Part shown: positions 9,349 to 18,537 of the stretch, in pieces
Layout of the letters: each line of letters opens with the position of its first letter
How positions within the stretch are numbered: the stretch's first letter is position 1
Translations under genes and position numbers: made by a program
NCBI GenBank assembly: GCA_012841175.1
Contig: DUVG01000032.1
Span: forward strand, 1-42,845
Origin: Clostridium sp.
Lineage (GTDB): Bacteria > Bacillota > Clostridia > Acetivibrionales > Acetivibrionaceae
Length of the DNA: 42,845 nucleotides
Direction of reading: 5' to 3'
The notes under the pieces: model-generated
What the model was told of the DNA's origin: nothing
Database searches by the model: none
The model's input: only the letters and a program-made list of their open reading frames with translations

Positions 9349-10212
9349 ATGGATAACATTTATTTAAAAGCTAATGCCAAAATTAATTTATCTCTTGATG
9401 TACTAAGGAAAAGAGATGATGGATATCATGAAGTAAAAATGATTATGCAGTCAATAGATCTTCATGATGATGTGTACATTGAAATTATAGATGAGGGAAT
9501 TTGTGTTAGTTGTAACAAACCCTGGGTTCCTTCGGGAAGTGGCAATATTGCATACAAAGCGGCAGAGCTTCTTAAAAAAACATATGGCATTAAAAAAGGA
9601 ATTAAAATAAAAATAATTAAAAATATTCCCGTTTCAGCAGGACTTGCTGGGGGAAGCACAGATGCGGCAGCTGTCATTAAGGGAATTAATAAATTATTTT
9701 CTCTTAATTTAGATCAAAAAGAGTTGATGAAGCTTGGCAAAACCATTGGTGCAGATGTACCCTTTTGCATAAAGGGTGGAACTATGCTCTCAGAAGGAAT
9801 AGGTGAAATATTAACACCTGTTAAACCTTTTAAGAATGTGAATATACTTCTTGTAAAACCTAAAATATTTGTGTCAACAGTCTGGACTTACAAGAACTTA
9901 GATTTAAACAGTATATTAGAAAGGCCAGATATTCCACTGATTATAGAGGCTATTGGCAAAAAAGATATTGAATATGTGGCAAAAAACATGAAAAATGTGT
10001 TAGAGACAGTTACTGTAAAAGAACACATGATTATTGAGGAAATAAAGCAAAAGCTTATAGAGCTTGGAGCTTTAGGAAGTATGATGAGTGGAAGTGGCCC
10101 AACGGTCTTTGGGATATTTGAGAACAAGGAAAAGGCATACTTTGCATATGAAAAAATAAAAAATAACAAATGGGAATGTTTCATAGCAGAAACACTATGT
10201 GAGGAGATGTAG
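9349..10212 (+). CDS. ispE: 4-diphosphocytidyl-2-C-methyl-D-erythritol kinase
   Basis: AKINLSLDV..KRDDGYHE, KNIPVSAGLAGGSTDAA, GADVPF and MSGSGPTVF motifs. Confidence 0.97.
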   Translation: MDNIYLKANAKINLSLDVLRKRDDGYHEVKMIMQSIDLHDDVYIEIIDEGICVSCNKPWVPSGSGNIAYKAAELLKKTYGIKKGIKIKIIKNIPVSAGLAGGSTDAAAVIKGINKLFSLNLDQKELMKLGKTIGADVPFCIKGGTMLSEGIGEILTPVKPFKNVNILLVKPKIFVSTVWTYKNLDLNSILERPDIPLIIEAIGKKDIEYVAKNMKNVLETVTVKEHMIIEEIKQKLIELGALGSMMSGSGPTVFGIFENKEKAYFAYEKIKNNKWECFIAETLCEEM

Positions 10213-10217
10213 TATTT

Positions 10218-10898
10218 ATGGCAAGCAAACTTTCAAAGATTAATCTTAATGACTATAAACCTTTAAGGGAAGTTATTTTTAATACATTAAAAGAGGCTAT
10301 CATTTCGGGAGAACTAAAACCAGGAGAGCGTCTAATGGAGGTTAAGCTGGCAGAAAAAATGGGAGTCAGTCGTACACCAGTTAGAGAAGCCATTAGAAAG
10401 TTAGAATTAGATGGTTTAGTTGAAATGCTGCCTAGAAAAGGTGCTCATGTGGCAGAACTCTCTGTTAAAAATATAATGGACGTTTTGGAAGTACGTGCGT
10501 CCCTTGATGGTCTTGCTACTTCTCTTGCTGCTAAAAGGATAAAAGATGAAGAAATAAAAAGTTTAGGTCAAATTCTTTGTCAGTTCAAGTCTTATGCAGA
10601 AAAAGACAATTTGCAGGGAACAATAAAAAAAGATGTTGAATTTCATGATTTGATTTATAGTGCTTCAGGAAATGATAAACTTATTCAAATTGCATGTAAG
10701 CTAAGAGAGCAGATTCAACGATTTAGGGTGATATACTTAAAAGACTACAGCAGCCATGAGGCTTTAATTAAAGAGCATCAAGACATATATGAAGCAATTT
10801 CAAAAAGAGATGGAGAGCAGGCTCGGATTTATGCACAAAAACATATAAAAAAACAAGAGGAGATTATTATTAAAGCTCTTAAAAAGATTAGGGAATAA
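10218..10898 (+). CDS. GntR-family (FCD) transcriptional regulator
   Basis: LKPGERLMEVKLAEKMGVSRTPVREAIRKL wHTH and an FCD domain (DVEFHDLIY..SGN, EHQDIY). Confidence 0.93.
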   Translation: MASKLSKINLNDYKPLREVIFNTLKEAIISGELKPGERLMEVKLAEKMGVSRTPVREAIRKLELDGLVEMLPRKGAHVAELSVKNIMDVLEVRASLDGLATSLAAKRIKDEEIKSLGQILCQFKSYAEKDNLQGTIKKDVEFHDLIYSASGNDKLIQIACKLREQIQRFRVIYLKDYSSHEALIKEHQDIYEAISKRDGEQARIYAQKHIKKQEEIIIKALKKIRE

Positions 10899-10944
10899 TA
10901 GATTAATTGAAACTTTATTTTATTAGAGTTAAGAAGGGGAAAGT

Positions 10945-11688
10945 ATGTTAAACGCAATAATTTTAGCAGGCTCACAATCTGATGAAAGTTGGAGCGGCTT
11001 TAAAAATAAATGCCTTATAGAGATTAATAAAAAAACATTGATTGAATATGTCATTGATGCATTAAAAAATGCTGATGATATAGGAAAAATAGTAGTTGTG
11101 GGTCCTAAAGATGATATAGCAGATGCTATTTTGGGGAAAGTTGATGATATAATAGACTCAAAGGGTTCAATTGTTGAAAATCTTATGAAAGGGATAAGTT
11201 ATTTTGATTCAGAGGAGCATTTATTAGTTTGTTCTTCTGATATTCCTTTACTAACACCAGCTACAATAAATGATTTTGTGAATAAATGCAAAGAAGCAAA
11301 GGGTGATTTTTGCTATCCGGTGGTTGAAAAATCCCTTAACATTAAATTGTATCCTGAACTAGAAAGAACCTATGTTAAAGTGAAAGAAGGAACATTTACA
11401 GGTGGGAATGTTTTTTATATTAAGTCGGCAGTTATTAGATCATCTCTGCCTTTAATTGAAAAGCTTGTGGATTCTAGAAAGAATCCTCTTAAAATGGCCC
11501 GTGTATTTGGTTTTTGGTTTTTTATAAAATTATTATTGGGAAAATTGTCTATAGAAGATGCGGAAAAAAAGGTTTTTAATATTTTAAATATAAAAGCAAA
11601 ATGTATAATTTCAGAACATCCGGAAATAGCAAATGATGTTGATAAATTAAATGATGTAATTGCTGTAAATGCCTATCTAAGTAAATAA
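10945..11688 (+). CDS. MobA-like nucleotidyltransferase family protein
   Basis: AIILAG...NKCLIEIN, SSDIP, TGGN and DVDK motifs. Confidence 0.85.
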   Translation: MLNAIILAGSQSDESWSGFKNKCLIEINKKTLIEYVIDALKNADDIGKIVVVGPKDDIADAILGKVDDIIDSKGSIVENLMKGISYFDSEEHLLVCSSDIPLLTPATINDFVNKCKEAKGDFCYPVVEKSLNIKLYPELERTYVKVKEGTFTGGNVFYIKSAVIRSSLPLIEKLVDSRKNPLKMARVFGFWFFIKLLLGKLSIEDAEKKVFNILNIKAKCIISEHPEIANDVDKLNDVIAVNAYLSK

Positions 11689-11699
11689 ATCAGTTAATA

Positions 11700-11742
11700 A
11701 AAATAAAAGTGCAGTATATAAAATTTTCTGCACTTTTATTTT
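11700..11742. terminator. Bidirectional terminator
   Basis: aaaataaaagtgcag...ctgcacttttatttt between convergent genes. Confidence 0.8.
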
Positions 11743-11754
11743 AAAAAAAACAAA

Positions 11755-11961
11755 TTACAAAACTTCATAGCCCATTTTTAATATATGCTTTTTAATTTCT
11801 TCAGGGCTAATATCAGAAGGATTGTATTCCACTTTAAGCTGTTGGCTTTTTAAATCAACTGATGAGTTGGCAATGCCTTTTATTTCTCGCACATTTTCTT
11901 GGATTTTATCAGAACATGCACTACATGATAGTGTAGGAACATTAAAAGCTACTGTCTCCAT
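11755..11961 (-). CDS. copZ: CopZ-like heavy-metal-associated (HMA) chaperone
   Basis: VPTLSCSACSDKI CxxC motif, about 68 aa, ends GYEV. ATG 11961 behind GGGAGG. Confidence 0.85.
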   Translation of the reverse strand: METVAFNVPTLSCSACSDKIQENVREIKGIANSSVDLKSQQLKVEYNPSDISPEEIKKHILKMGYEVL

Positions 11962-12188
11962 AAAAAAACCTCCCATACTGTTTTTAAATACGTTTTTTAG
12001 TATTCACTTTAGAGATTAAAAACATGTATAAAGAATAAACAAACAATAAATGAAACTGTTATGAGTTACAACAATTGTTATTGATATGAATGGTAAATAT
12101 GATAAAATAAAAATAAAATTATTTAAATTATTTTAGTAGGAGGTTTAAACAAGGGAAACATTCCTGTTTTCCCCTGTTATGTTAATTT

Positions 12189-13823
12189 ATGTGGTATGAT
12201 AAATTTTTAAGTATATATAAAGCAGGAATATCCCATGAATTTATTCTCTATTTTAATATAAGAGATGTTGTTGATAACTATAGGTTTATTGACAGATACA
12301 TTTATGAGGAATTCATTAAAAGCAGAAATTTTTCCATTGTGGCATTTTATGACATATCTAAAGGATTGACTTTTTTAGAACCTGAAATGGAAAGAGAATT
12401 TAATAAAATCACTTCAAATGTGGTAAAAGATTATATGCATGCAATGCCTTCTAAATTGTTTTACTACATTGATATGGCATTAAAGAGTACAAAAATGGCT
12501 TTATTTGTAGACCATGTAGAAAAAATAATACCATCAGGTGATGTGGGATCAATGTCCATTGAAGAGAGAATGGCACTTATATGGTTATGTGAGTGGTCAA
12601 ACAGTTCAAAAATATCTTCTGTGGGAAGTACTATATTTTTAATGGCAAACACCCTTGCTGAAGTAAATAGCGAAGTGCTAAAGTCAGCTTATAGAATAGA
12701 ACCTATATTAGTGGAACTGCCCAACGAAAAAGAGCGAATAGACTATATACAGTATCTTTTAAAGGACAAAAGTGTTAAGATGGATATTAGCGTTAGTGAT
12801 TTTGCAAAATTGTCCTCTGGACTTAGTAAAAAAGCAATAAAAGATATAAAACTTAAATCTGAAGCTGAAGATGTGCCTATAAGTTTTGAATTTATTAAAG
12901 ATAAAAAGTACTCTGTTTTAAAAAAGGAATATGGAGATGTTTTGGAGTTTATTTATCCAGAGATAGGATTTGACGATATAGGAGGAATGGAGAAGGCCAA
13001 AAACTATCTTTTAAAAAATATTGTTGAACCTATTAGAAAAGGGGATTTAAGAAGAGTTCCAATGGGAATACTTTTGTGTGGACCTTCTGGTACAGGGAAA
13101 ACACTTTTAGTTAATGCTTTAGCAAAGTCAAGTGGTTTTAATTGTGTTAAAATAGATATGTCTAGGATACTAGGTCAGTATGTTGGTGAGAGTGAGAAAA
13201 ACTTTAAAAAGTGTCTATTAGGTGCACAATCACAAGAGCCTGTGATAGTTTTTGTTGATGAGATAGACACTGTTTTTAAAAGAGGAGAAAGTGGAGATAG
13301 TGGAGTTAGTAGAAATATTTTTAATGAATTTTTGCAATTTACCAGTAATACAAATAATAGAGGAAAAGTTATATTTATTGCAGCAACTAACAGGCCGGAT
13401 CTTTTAGATGCAGCACTAAAAAGAGCGGGAAGATTTGATAAAAAAATACCCATATTGTTACCAGAGGAAAAAGAAAGAGCTGAAATATTTAAAATAATAA
13501 TTAACAGATATGGATTTAGTACTGATGTGGAGGATTTTTCTCCTTTTGCAAAAGAGACGGCAAATTACACAGGAGCAGAGATTGAAACAGTTGTCAGAAA
13601 AGCCTATGAGATAGCAAATGAGGAAGATATCAAAGGAAGTGTGCTTACAGAGTATGTACTAAAAGAAGCTATAATACGCTGTAGGCCTAGTACTCAACAG
13701 GTGGAATTTATGACTATGCTAGCCATTAAAGAATGTGATGACAAAGATTTGCTTCCTGAAAAATATAAAAATGTATTAGATGATAGAGGAATTTTATTAG
13801 ATGGGCACAAAAACTTCAAATAA
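12189..13823 (+). CDS. Classical-clade AAA+ ATPase with a degenerate N-terminal AAA-like module and an intact C-terminal AAA domain
   Basis: FDDIGGME, Walker A GPSGTGKT, pore loop QYVGESEK, Walker B IVFVDEID, SRH AATNRPDLLDAALKRAGRFD. The N-half keeps remnants ALFVDHVEKI / ELPNEKER without a Walker A. Confidence 0.9.
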   Translation: MWYDKFLSIYKAGISHEFILYFNIRDVVDNYRFIDRYIYEEFIKSRNFSIVAFYDISKGLTFLEPEMEREFNKITSNVVKDYMHAMPSKLFYYIDMALKSTKMALFVDHVEKIIPSGDVGSMSIEERMALIWLCEWSNSSKISSVGSTIFLMANTLAEVNSEVLKSAYRIEPILVELPNEKERIDYIQYLLKDKSVKMDISVSDFAKLSSGLSKKAIKDIKLKSEAEDVPISFEFIKDKKYSVLKKEYGDVLEFIYPEIGFDDIGGMEKAKNYLLKNIVEPIRKGDLRRVPMGILLCGPSGTGKTLLVNALAKSSGFNCVKIDMSRILGQYVGESEKNFKKCLLGAQSQEPVIVFVDEIDTVFKRGESGDSGVSRNIFNEFLQFTSNTNNRGKVIFIAATNRPDLLDAALKRAGRFDKKIPILLPEEKERAEIFKIIINRYGFSTDVEDFSPFAKETANYTGAEIETVVRKAYEIANEEDIKGSVLTEYVLKEAIIRCRPSTQQVEFMTMLAIKECDDKDLLPEKYKNVLDDRGILLDGHKNFK

Positions 13824-13897
13824 ATTTACTATTTACAAAGACCAACATTTATTATAAATTAATGAATAGTAAGAACTATTTTTAAGGAGGAGCATAT

Positions 13898-14638
13898 ATG
13901 GGTTTTTTTAGTAGACTAGGGAGTTTGATAAGAGGTTTTTTTGGAGGTTTGCTAGGAGGCTTGGAGGAGAATAATCCAGACCTTTTATTTGAAGATATAA
14001 AAAATCAAATTAAAAAAGCACGTAAGGAAGCTGAACAGCAGATAATAGAAATTCAGACAAATGCAGAGCTGATAAAGATTGAAATGAAAAATGCAGAAAA
14101 AAATTTGGATGCAGTAAAGGCAAGGATTGAAACTGCTAAAAGGCAAGGAGATAGAGAACTTTTAATAGAATTGCTTATGCATGAAGAAGAATATCAAACT
14201 GTGTATGAAACCCATAAAGCTACTCATGATAACGCAATGAGAGAAGTTGAAGCCATACGAGAAAATTACAAAGTATTTGAATCTGAAATGAATTCAAAAC
14301 TAAATGAATTGAAAACTTTAAAGACTCAAGAAAAAATGGCAAAATTAAAGGAAAATATAAATACTGTTAATGCAAAGTATGCATCTAAAAACAATAAAAT
14401 TGGAAACATAAATGAGAATATGGATAGAGCAAGAGAGATAGTTAATAAAAAAATTGCAAGGGCAAATGCTGTGGAAAGCCTTAATGATGCTAATATAGAT
14501 ATGAAATTAAAGAAATTAGATTTAAATTCTGCACGTGAAAGAGCAAGAGCAAGGGCAGAAGCTATATTAGGTGGAGATAGCGGATTTGAAGTGAAAGAAA
14601 AGGCAGAAAACAAAAAGATAGACCTTAATAAAAATTAG
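13898..14638 (+). CDS. pspA: PspA/IM30 (Vipp1, bacterial ESCRT-III-like) family protein
   Basis: N-terminal amphipathic MGFFSRLGSLIRGFF...LEENNP followed by long coiled coil, 246 aa, AGGAGG RBS. Confidence 0.8.
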   Translation: MGFFSRLGSLIRGFFGGLLGGLEENNPDLLFEDIKNQIKKARKEAEQQIIEIQTNAELIKIEMKNAEKNLDAVKARIETAKRQGDRELLIELLMHEEEYQTVYETHKATHDNAMREVEAIRENYKVFESEMNSKLNELKTLKTQEKMAKLKENINTVNAKYASKNNKIGNINENMDRAREIVNKKIARANAVESLNDANIDMKLKKLDLNSARERARARAEAILGGDSGFEVKEKAENKKIDLNKN

Positions 14639-14666
14639 CATTTTACAAAGATTAGCATTTTACAAA
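14634..14666 (+). repeat. Tandem duplication ATTAGCATTTTACAAA x2 (17-bp period)
   Basis: Exact 16-mer at 14634-14649 and 14651-14666, spanning the pspA stop codon. Confidence 0.85.
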
Positions 14667-14709
14667 AAAAAGATTTATCACAAAAACGAGGGTTGTAGGT
14701 ATAATTATC

Positions 14710-15498
14710 ATGAAGTTTAAATTATTTATTAGTTCATTATTTAATAGTAGAAATATAGGAGCGCTTGTTATTCTTATGATAGTTTCGCTAGTAGCAAATT
14801 CTGAAATTAAGGAAGGGTTGCTTCTTCCCTTTAGTGCTACTTCTATTGCTATATATTTAGCATTGGTAATTCAAAGTTTTACCAGCAAAAAATTTCAAGA
14901 TAAATTTATGAGAAAAATGAAACACAAGAAAATAAAAAAACTTGATAAAGCATGTGCAGTACTAGCAGATGATGCAAAAAGGCATACCAATCCAGCATAC
15001 TATAAAAAGCTGTGCTCTATTATGAATGATAAAAAAGAAATAATGAAGTTATATTACAAAGAGGGTCCAAATTTTTTAAATGAAAAGATAACAGAAAAGA
15101 CCTTAGATTTAGTAATTTCATATATAAAACTTTTAAAAAGCTTTTGTATAAGAAGTAAAGAGCTTGGTTCTATAGATGTAAAACCAGTGCAAGAAAAAAT
15201 AGCAAAAAACACTAGGAAATTAAATTTTACTAGTGATCCAAAGGTACGTGAGAATATAGAAAATATAATTAAAATGGATGAAAAAGTATTATCTAGATTA
15301 AAAGATGAAAAGCTAAGTTTAGAGAGAATAGATACCCGTCTTGATTATATAAAAAGTACAGTATATATGCTAAAACAACAAATAAATTTAAAGATTGAAT
15401 CAGAGGATATGCTAGACAAAATTGAAAGTGCTGTAAATGAAGCCATTGCCCTTGAGAATGTTCTAGATGAAAGAAATAAAAGAAGAATTGAAATTTAA
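14710..15498 (+). CDS. Hypothetical protein: two N-terminal TM helices plus a coiled-coil domain
   Basis: IGALVILMIVSLVA and LLLPFSATSIAIYLALVI hydrophobic segments, then a heptad-rich helical region. Confidence 0.75.
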   Translation: MKFKLFISSLFNSRNIGALVILMIVSLVANSEIKEGLLLPFSATSIAIYLALVIQSFTSKKFQDKFMRKMKHKKIKKLDKACAVLADDAKRHTNPAYYKKLCSIMNDKKEIMKLYYKEGPNFLNEKITEKTLDLVISYIKLLKSFCIRSKELGSIDVKPVQEKIAKNTRKLNFTSDPKVRENIENIIKMDEKVLSRLKDEKLSLERIDTRLDYIKSTVYMLKQQINLKIESEDMLDKIESAVNEAIALENVLDERNKRRIEI

Positions 15499-15532
15499 TG
15501 TACAAATATATAAGATGGTTTTGGTGGTTAGA

Positions 15533-16495
15533 ATGATTTATGTTAAAAAAAAAGTAATGTTAATAATAGCAATTTGTTTAATTCAATTTTTGATTGTATC
15601 TTGTATTCAAAAACCAGAGAATAGCGAATTAGAAACAACAATAGATGAGAATTATTATAAAAACAAAGCTGTTGTAATTAGTACAGTAGCAGATGTTTTT
15701 AAAGAAACTGACTTATCATCTGAAAGGCTGACCCAAGCACTATTTAATCAGGAAGTTACCGTTCTTGGAAGTGATGGTGGATGGTCCAAAGTTAGAGCAG
15801 CTGATGGTCATATTGGCTGGATTAGGACAAAGAGCATAGACGAAAACTGCAGAAGTATAATGGACGAGCTTTATACAGATAGAATTGTGGTTACAGGTAA
15901 AACTAAAAAGATTCTTAATAAACCAGATGGCAAAGTTACAGTAAAAGATGTGGTAATGGGGACTGAGCTCTATATAGTAAATGTGAAGGAAAATTATTAC
16001 GAAGTGGCTTTACCGAAAAATACCACTGGGTGGGTTGAAAGAAAAGATACAATTGTAGTGCCTGCAAAACAATCAATAACAAAGACATCTGGTAAAGATT
16101 TAGCTACCACCGTTAATAAGTTTATCAATACTGCCTATCTTTCGGGAGGAATCAGCACCTGGGAAGGTATAGATTCCACAGGTCTTGTGTACATATGCTG
16201 CAAAATAAACGGTATTGAATTTTTAAGAGAAGATTTTTTAGACTATTATAATTTTAAAGGACAAGATATAAGTATTCAAAATATTGAACCTGGGGATTTG
16301 ATTTTTTTAAACAATGGAAAAGACCGTGAAAAGGTTTTTGAAGTTGGTATTTTTATTGGAGAAAATCAATTTGTTTATGCCAGTAAATCCGAGGGAGTTG
16401 TTGTAGATTCTGTACAAAAAGAAAGATTTCAACACAACTTGATGGGTATAAAAAGGATATTTGATTCTAGCAGTGTATCAGAAGAAACTTTTTAA
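15533..16495 (+). CDS. Lipoprotein with two SH3b domains and an NlpC/P60 (C40) domain lacking catalytic residues (YkfC-like architecture)
   Basis: GGTGG RBS before ATG 15533; lipobox LIVS-C. SH3b-like ERLTQALFNQEVTVL...GWSKV...GHIGWI. C40 region GG...GIDSTGLV, PGDLIF, EVGIFIG, FVYAS. Confidence 0.8.
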   Translation: MIYVKKKVMLIIAICLIQFLIVSCIQKPENSELETTIDENYYKNKAVVISTVADVFKETDLSSERLTQALFNQEVTVLGSDGGWSKVRAADGHIGWIRTKSIDENCRSIMDELYTDRIVVTGKTKKILNKPDGKVTVKDVVMGTELYIVNVKENYYEVALPKNTTGWVERKDTIVVPAKQSITKTSGKDLATTVNKFINTAYLSGGISTWEGIDSTGLVYICCKINGIEFLREDFLDYYNFKGQDISIQNIEPGDLIFLNNGKDREKVFEVGIFIGENQFVYASKSEGVVVDSVQKERFQHNLMGIKRIFDSSSVSEETF

Positions 16496-16503
16496 AGTAG
16501 CAA

Positions 16504-17619
16504 TTAAACTTTTATAGAGAGCTTTTCCATTAAATTAAGTATGTTCTTCCCTGAGTAAGGTGCGGAAAGGTTTTTAGCCATTTCTTTCATATGTTCAAAT
16601 CTTAAATGATTATCCATTGTCTGACACAAAATATTTTCTATATCATCATTTTTAGAAATGGTTATTGCAGCCCCTGAAGTTACAAGAAATTTTGCATTTC
16701 TCTCTTCCTGACCAGGTATGGGAGAAATTATAAACATGGGTAATTCCTTTACAAGAGCTTCTGATATAGTCATGCCACCAGGCTTAGTTACAAGAACATC
16801 TGATGCATCCATAAGTTTAGAAATATTATTTGTATATCCAAAAACCCGTACCCTTTTATTAAAAGAGTGAGAAATTCTCTCTAACTTCTTTCTGAGTTTC
16901 TCGTTTTCCCCACATACAACCATTATCTGCATTTCTCTAAAACATTTTCCAAAGTTTATAAAAGTACTTTTTAAATTCCCATAACCCAAACTTCCCCCCA
17001 TAATAAGAACGGTGAATTTGTCCTCTAAGGCTAATTCTTTTCTTGCTAAAGTTTTTTCCTTTTTGTTCAAAAAAACTTGTGAAACTGGTACTCCATATGA
17101 AAATATAGATTCTTTTGGAATGCCGCATCGTACCATATCCTGTTTTATATAGTCATGTCCCACTATAAAAGCTTCAATATTTGTGTGAAACCACGATGGG
17201 TGATTCACATAATCTGTTAAAATTGCAACTGTTGGTGTGGAAATTTTATTTTCTTTTTTCAAATAAGAAACCATTTGCAGTGGAAAAGGATGGGTGCACA
17301 CTATAATAGACGGATTAAATTCTTTAATCAGCCTTTCTATTTTAGGTGACAAAATAATATTCATGGCATTACTTAATTTGTTCAAAATTTTCTTATATTC
17401 AGATAAATTATATAGTTTTCCATATAAATCTGGTTTAATTTTTATTGTTTTTAAATATCCATCCACAATAATTTTATGGGCTAACGGGTTTATAACTTTA
17501 AAAGTATCTACAACTATATTTTTGGAATGAGGATATTTTTTTTCTACATATTCTTTTATGGCATAGGCAGCTTTCAAATGTCCAGCTCCCATTGATATTG
17601 ACAAAAACAAAACATCCAT
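16504..17619 (-). CDS. MGDG synthase / UgtP-like diacylglycerol glycosyltransferase (GT28)
   Basis: GAGHLKAA, CTHPFP, LTDY, MGGSLG, TKPGGMTISEA and PGQEERNA motifs. Confidence 0.92.
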   Translation of the reverse strand: MDVLFLSISMGAGHLKAAYAIKEYVEKKYPHSKNIVVDTFKVINPLAHKIIVDGYLKTIKIKPDLYGKLYNLSEYKKILNKLSNAMNIILSPKIERLIKEFNPSIIVCTHPFPLQMVSYLKKENKISTPTVAILTDYVNHPSWFHTNIEAFIVGHDYIKQDMVRCGIPKESIFSYGVPVSQVFLNKKEKTLARKELALEDKFTVLIMGGSLGYGNLKSTFINFGKCFREMQIMVVCGENEKLRKKLERISHSFNKRVRVFGYTNNISKLMDASDVLVTKPGGMTISEALVKELPMFIISPIPGQEERNAKFLVTSGAAITISKNDDIENILCQTMDNHLRFEHMKEMAKNLSAPYSGKNILNLMEKLSIKV

Positions 17620-17824
17620 AAAGCACCTCGGTAGGGAATTTAATTCTACTTTTATAGTTATTGTTTGGCGAAAAAGTCAATGTTATACCATTAAAAATAG
17701 CATTTAGGTTGTGAATATTTTTTTGTAAAAAAACAAAAAATAGCTTTAAATGTAGATTACTTAACTCATTTATAATTTGTTCCTTAACACATAAAAAAAG
17801 TGCAATTTAGAAAGGAGAGATAAC

Positions 17825-18520
17825 TTGAAAAAAATTAAAATACTAATTATTCTTATTGTTATTTTTTCTATTGCAATACCACTGTACTTTGGAGGAAAAA
17901 GTTTCATTACCCCTATTGTGGACAAATTGGATGTTGGTATGGAAAGCCAGCAGGTAGAACAGGTCCAACAGAGATTAAAAAACTGGGGATATTTCAAAGG
18001 AGAGGTTGATGGGATTTATGACAAAGAAACAAAGATGGCTGTGTTGAATTTTCAAAAGACTCATGGGTTAAAAGAAACAGGGATTGCAGAAGAAGAGACG
18101 CTGACTGCAATGGGACTTACAACCATTTCAAAGTGGGGGGAGGTATATGCTAAGGAGGATGCCATCAGAAATGAGCAGCTTATAGCCAGGGCAATTAATG
18201 GAGAGGCAAGGGGAGAACCCTATGAAGGTCAGGTTGCTGTAGGGGCAGTTATTTTAAATAGAGTAAAAGACTCAAGATTTCCCAATACTATAGCAGGAGT
18301 TATTTATCAGCCTCTTGCATTTACAGCAGTGGCAGATGGGCAGATAAATGTTCCAATAGACCCAAATTCAACGGTTCTAAAGGCAGCAAGAGATGCACTT
18401 AATGGGTGGGATCCTACAAATGGATGTGTGTATTATTGGAATCCAGCAACTGCAACTAGTGACTGGATTTGGAGCAGAACCATTGTAAAGAAAATAGGAA
18501 AGCATAATTTTGGAAAGTAA
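17825..18520 (+). CDS. sleB: Spore cortex-lytic enzyme SleB
   Basis: Signal peptide, PG-binding domain (VQQRLKNWGY..G.VDG) and Hydrolase_2 (GEARGEPYEGQVAVGAVILNRV, GWDPT). Confidence 0.95.
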   Translation: MKKIKILIILIVIFSIAIPLYFGGKSFITPIVDKLDVGMESQQVEQVQQRLKNWGYFKGEVDGIYDKETKMAVLNFQKTHGLKETGIAEEETLTAMGLTTISKWGEVYAKEDAIRNEQLIARAINGEARGEPYEGQVAVGAVILNRVKDSRFPNTIAGVIYQPLAFTAVADGQINVPIDPNSTVLKAARDALNGWDPTNGCVYYWNPATATSDWIWSRTIVKKIGKHNFGK

Positions 18521-18537
18521 AAACAGGAGGTGTAAAT

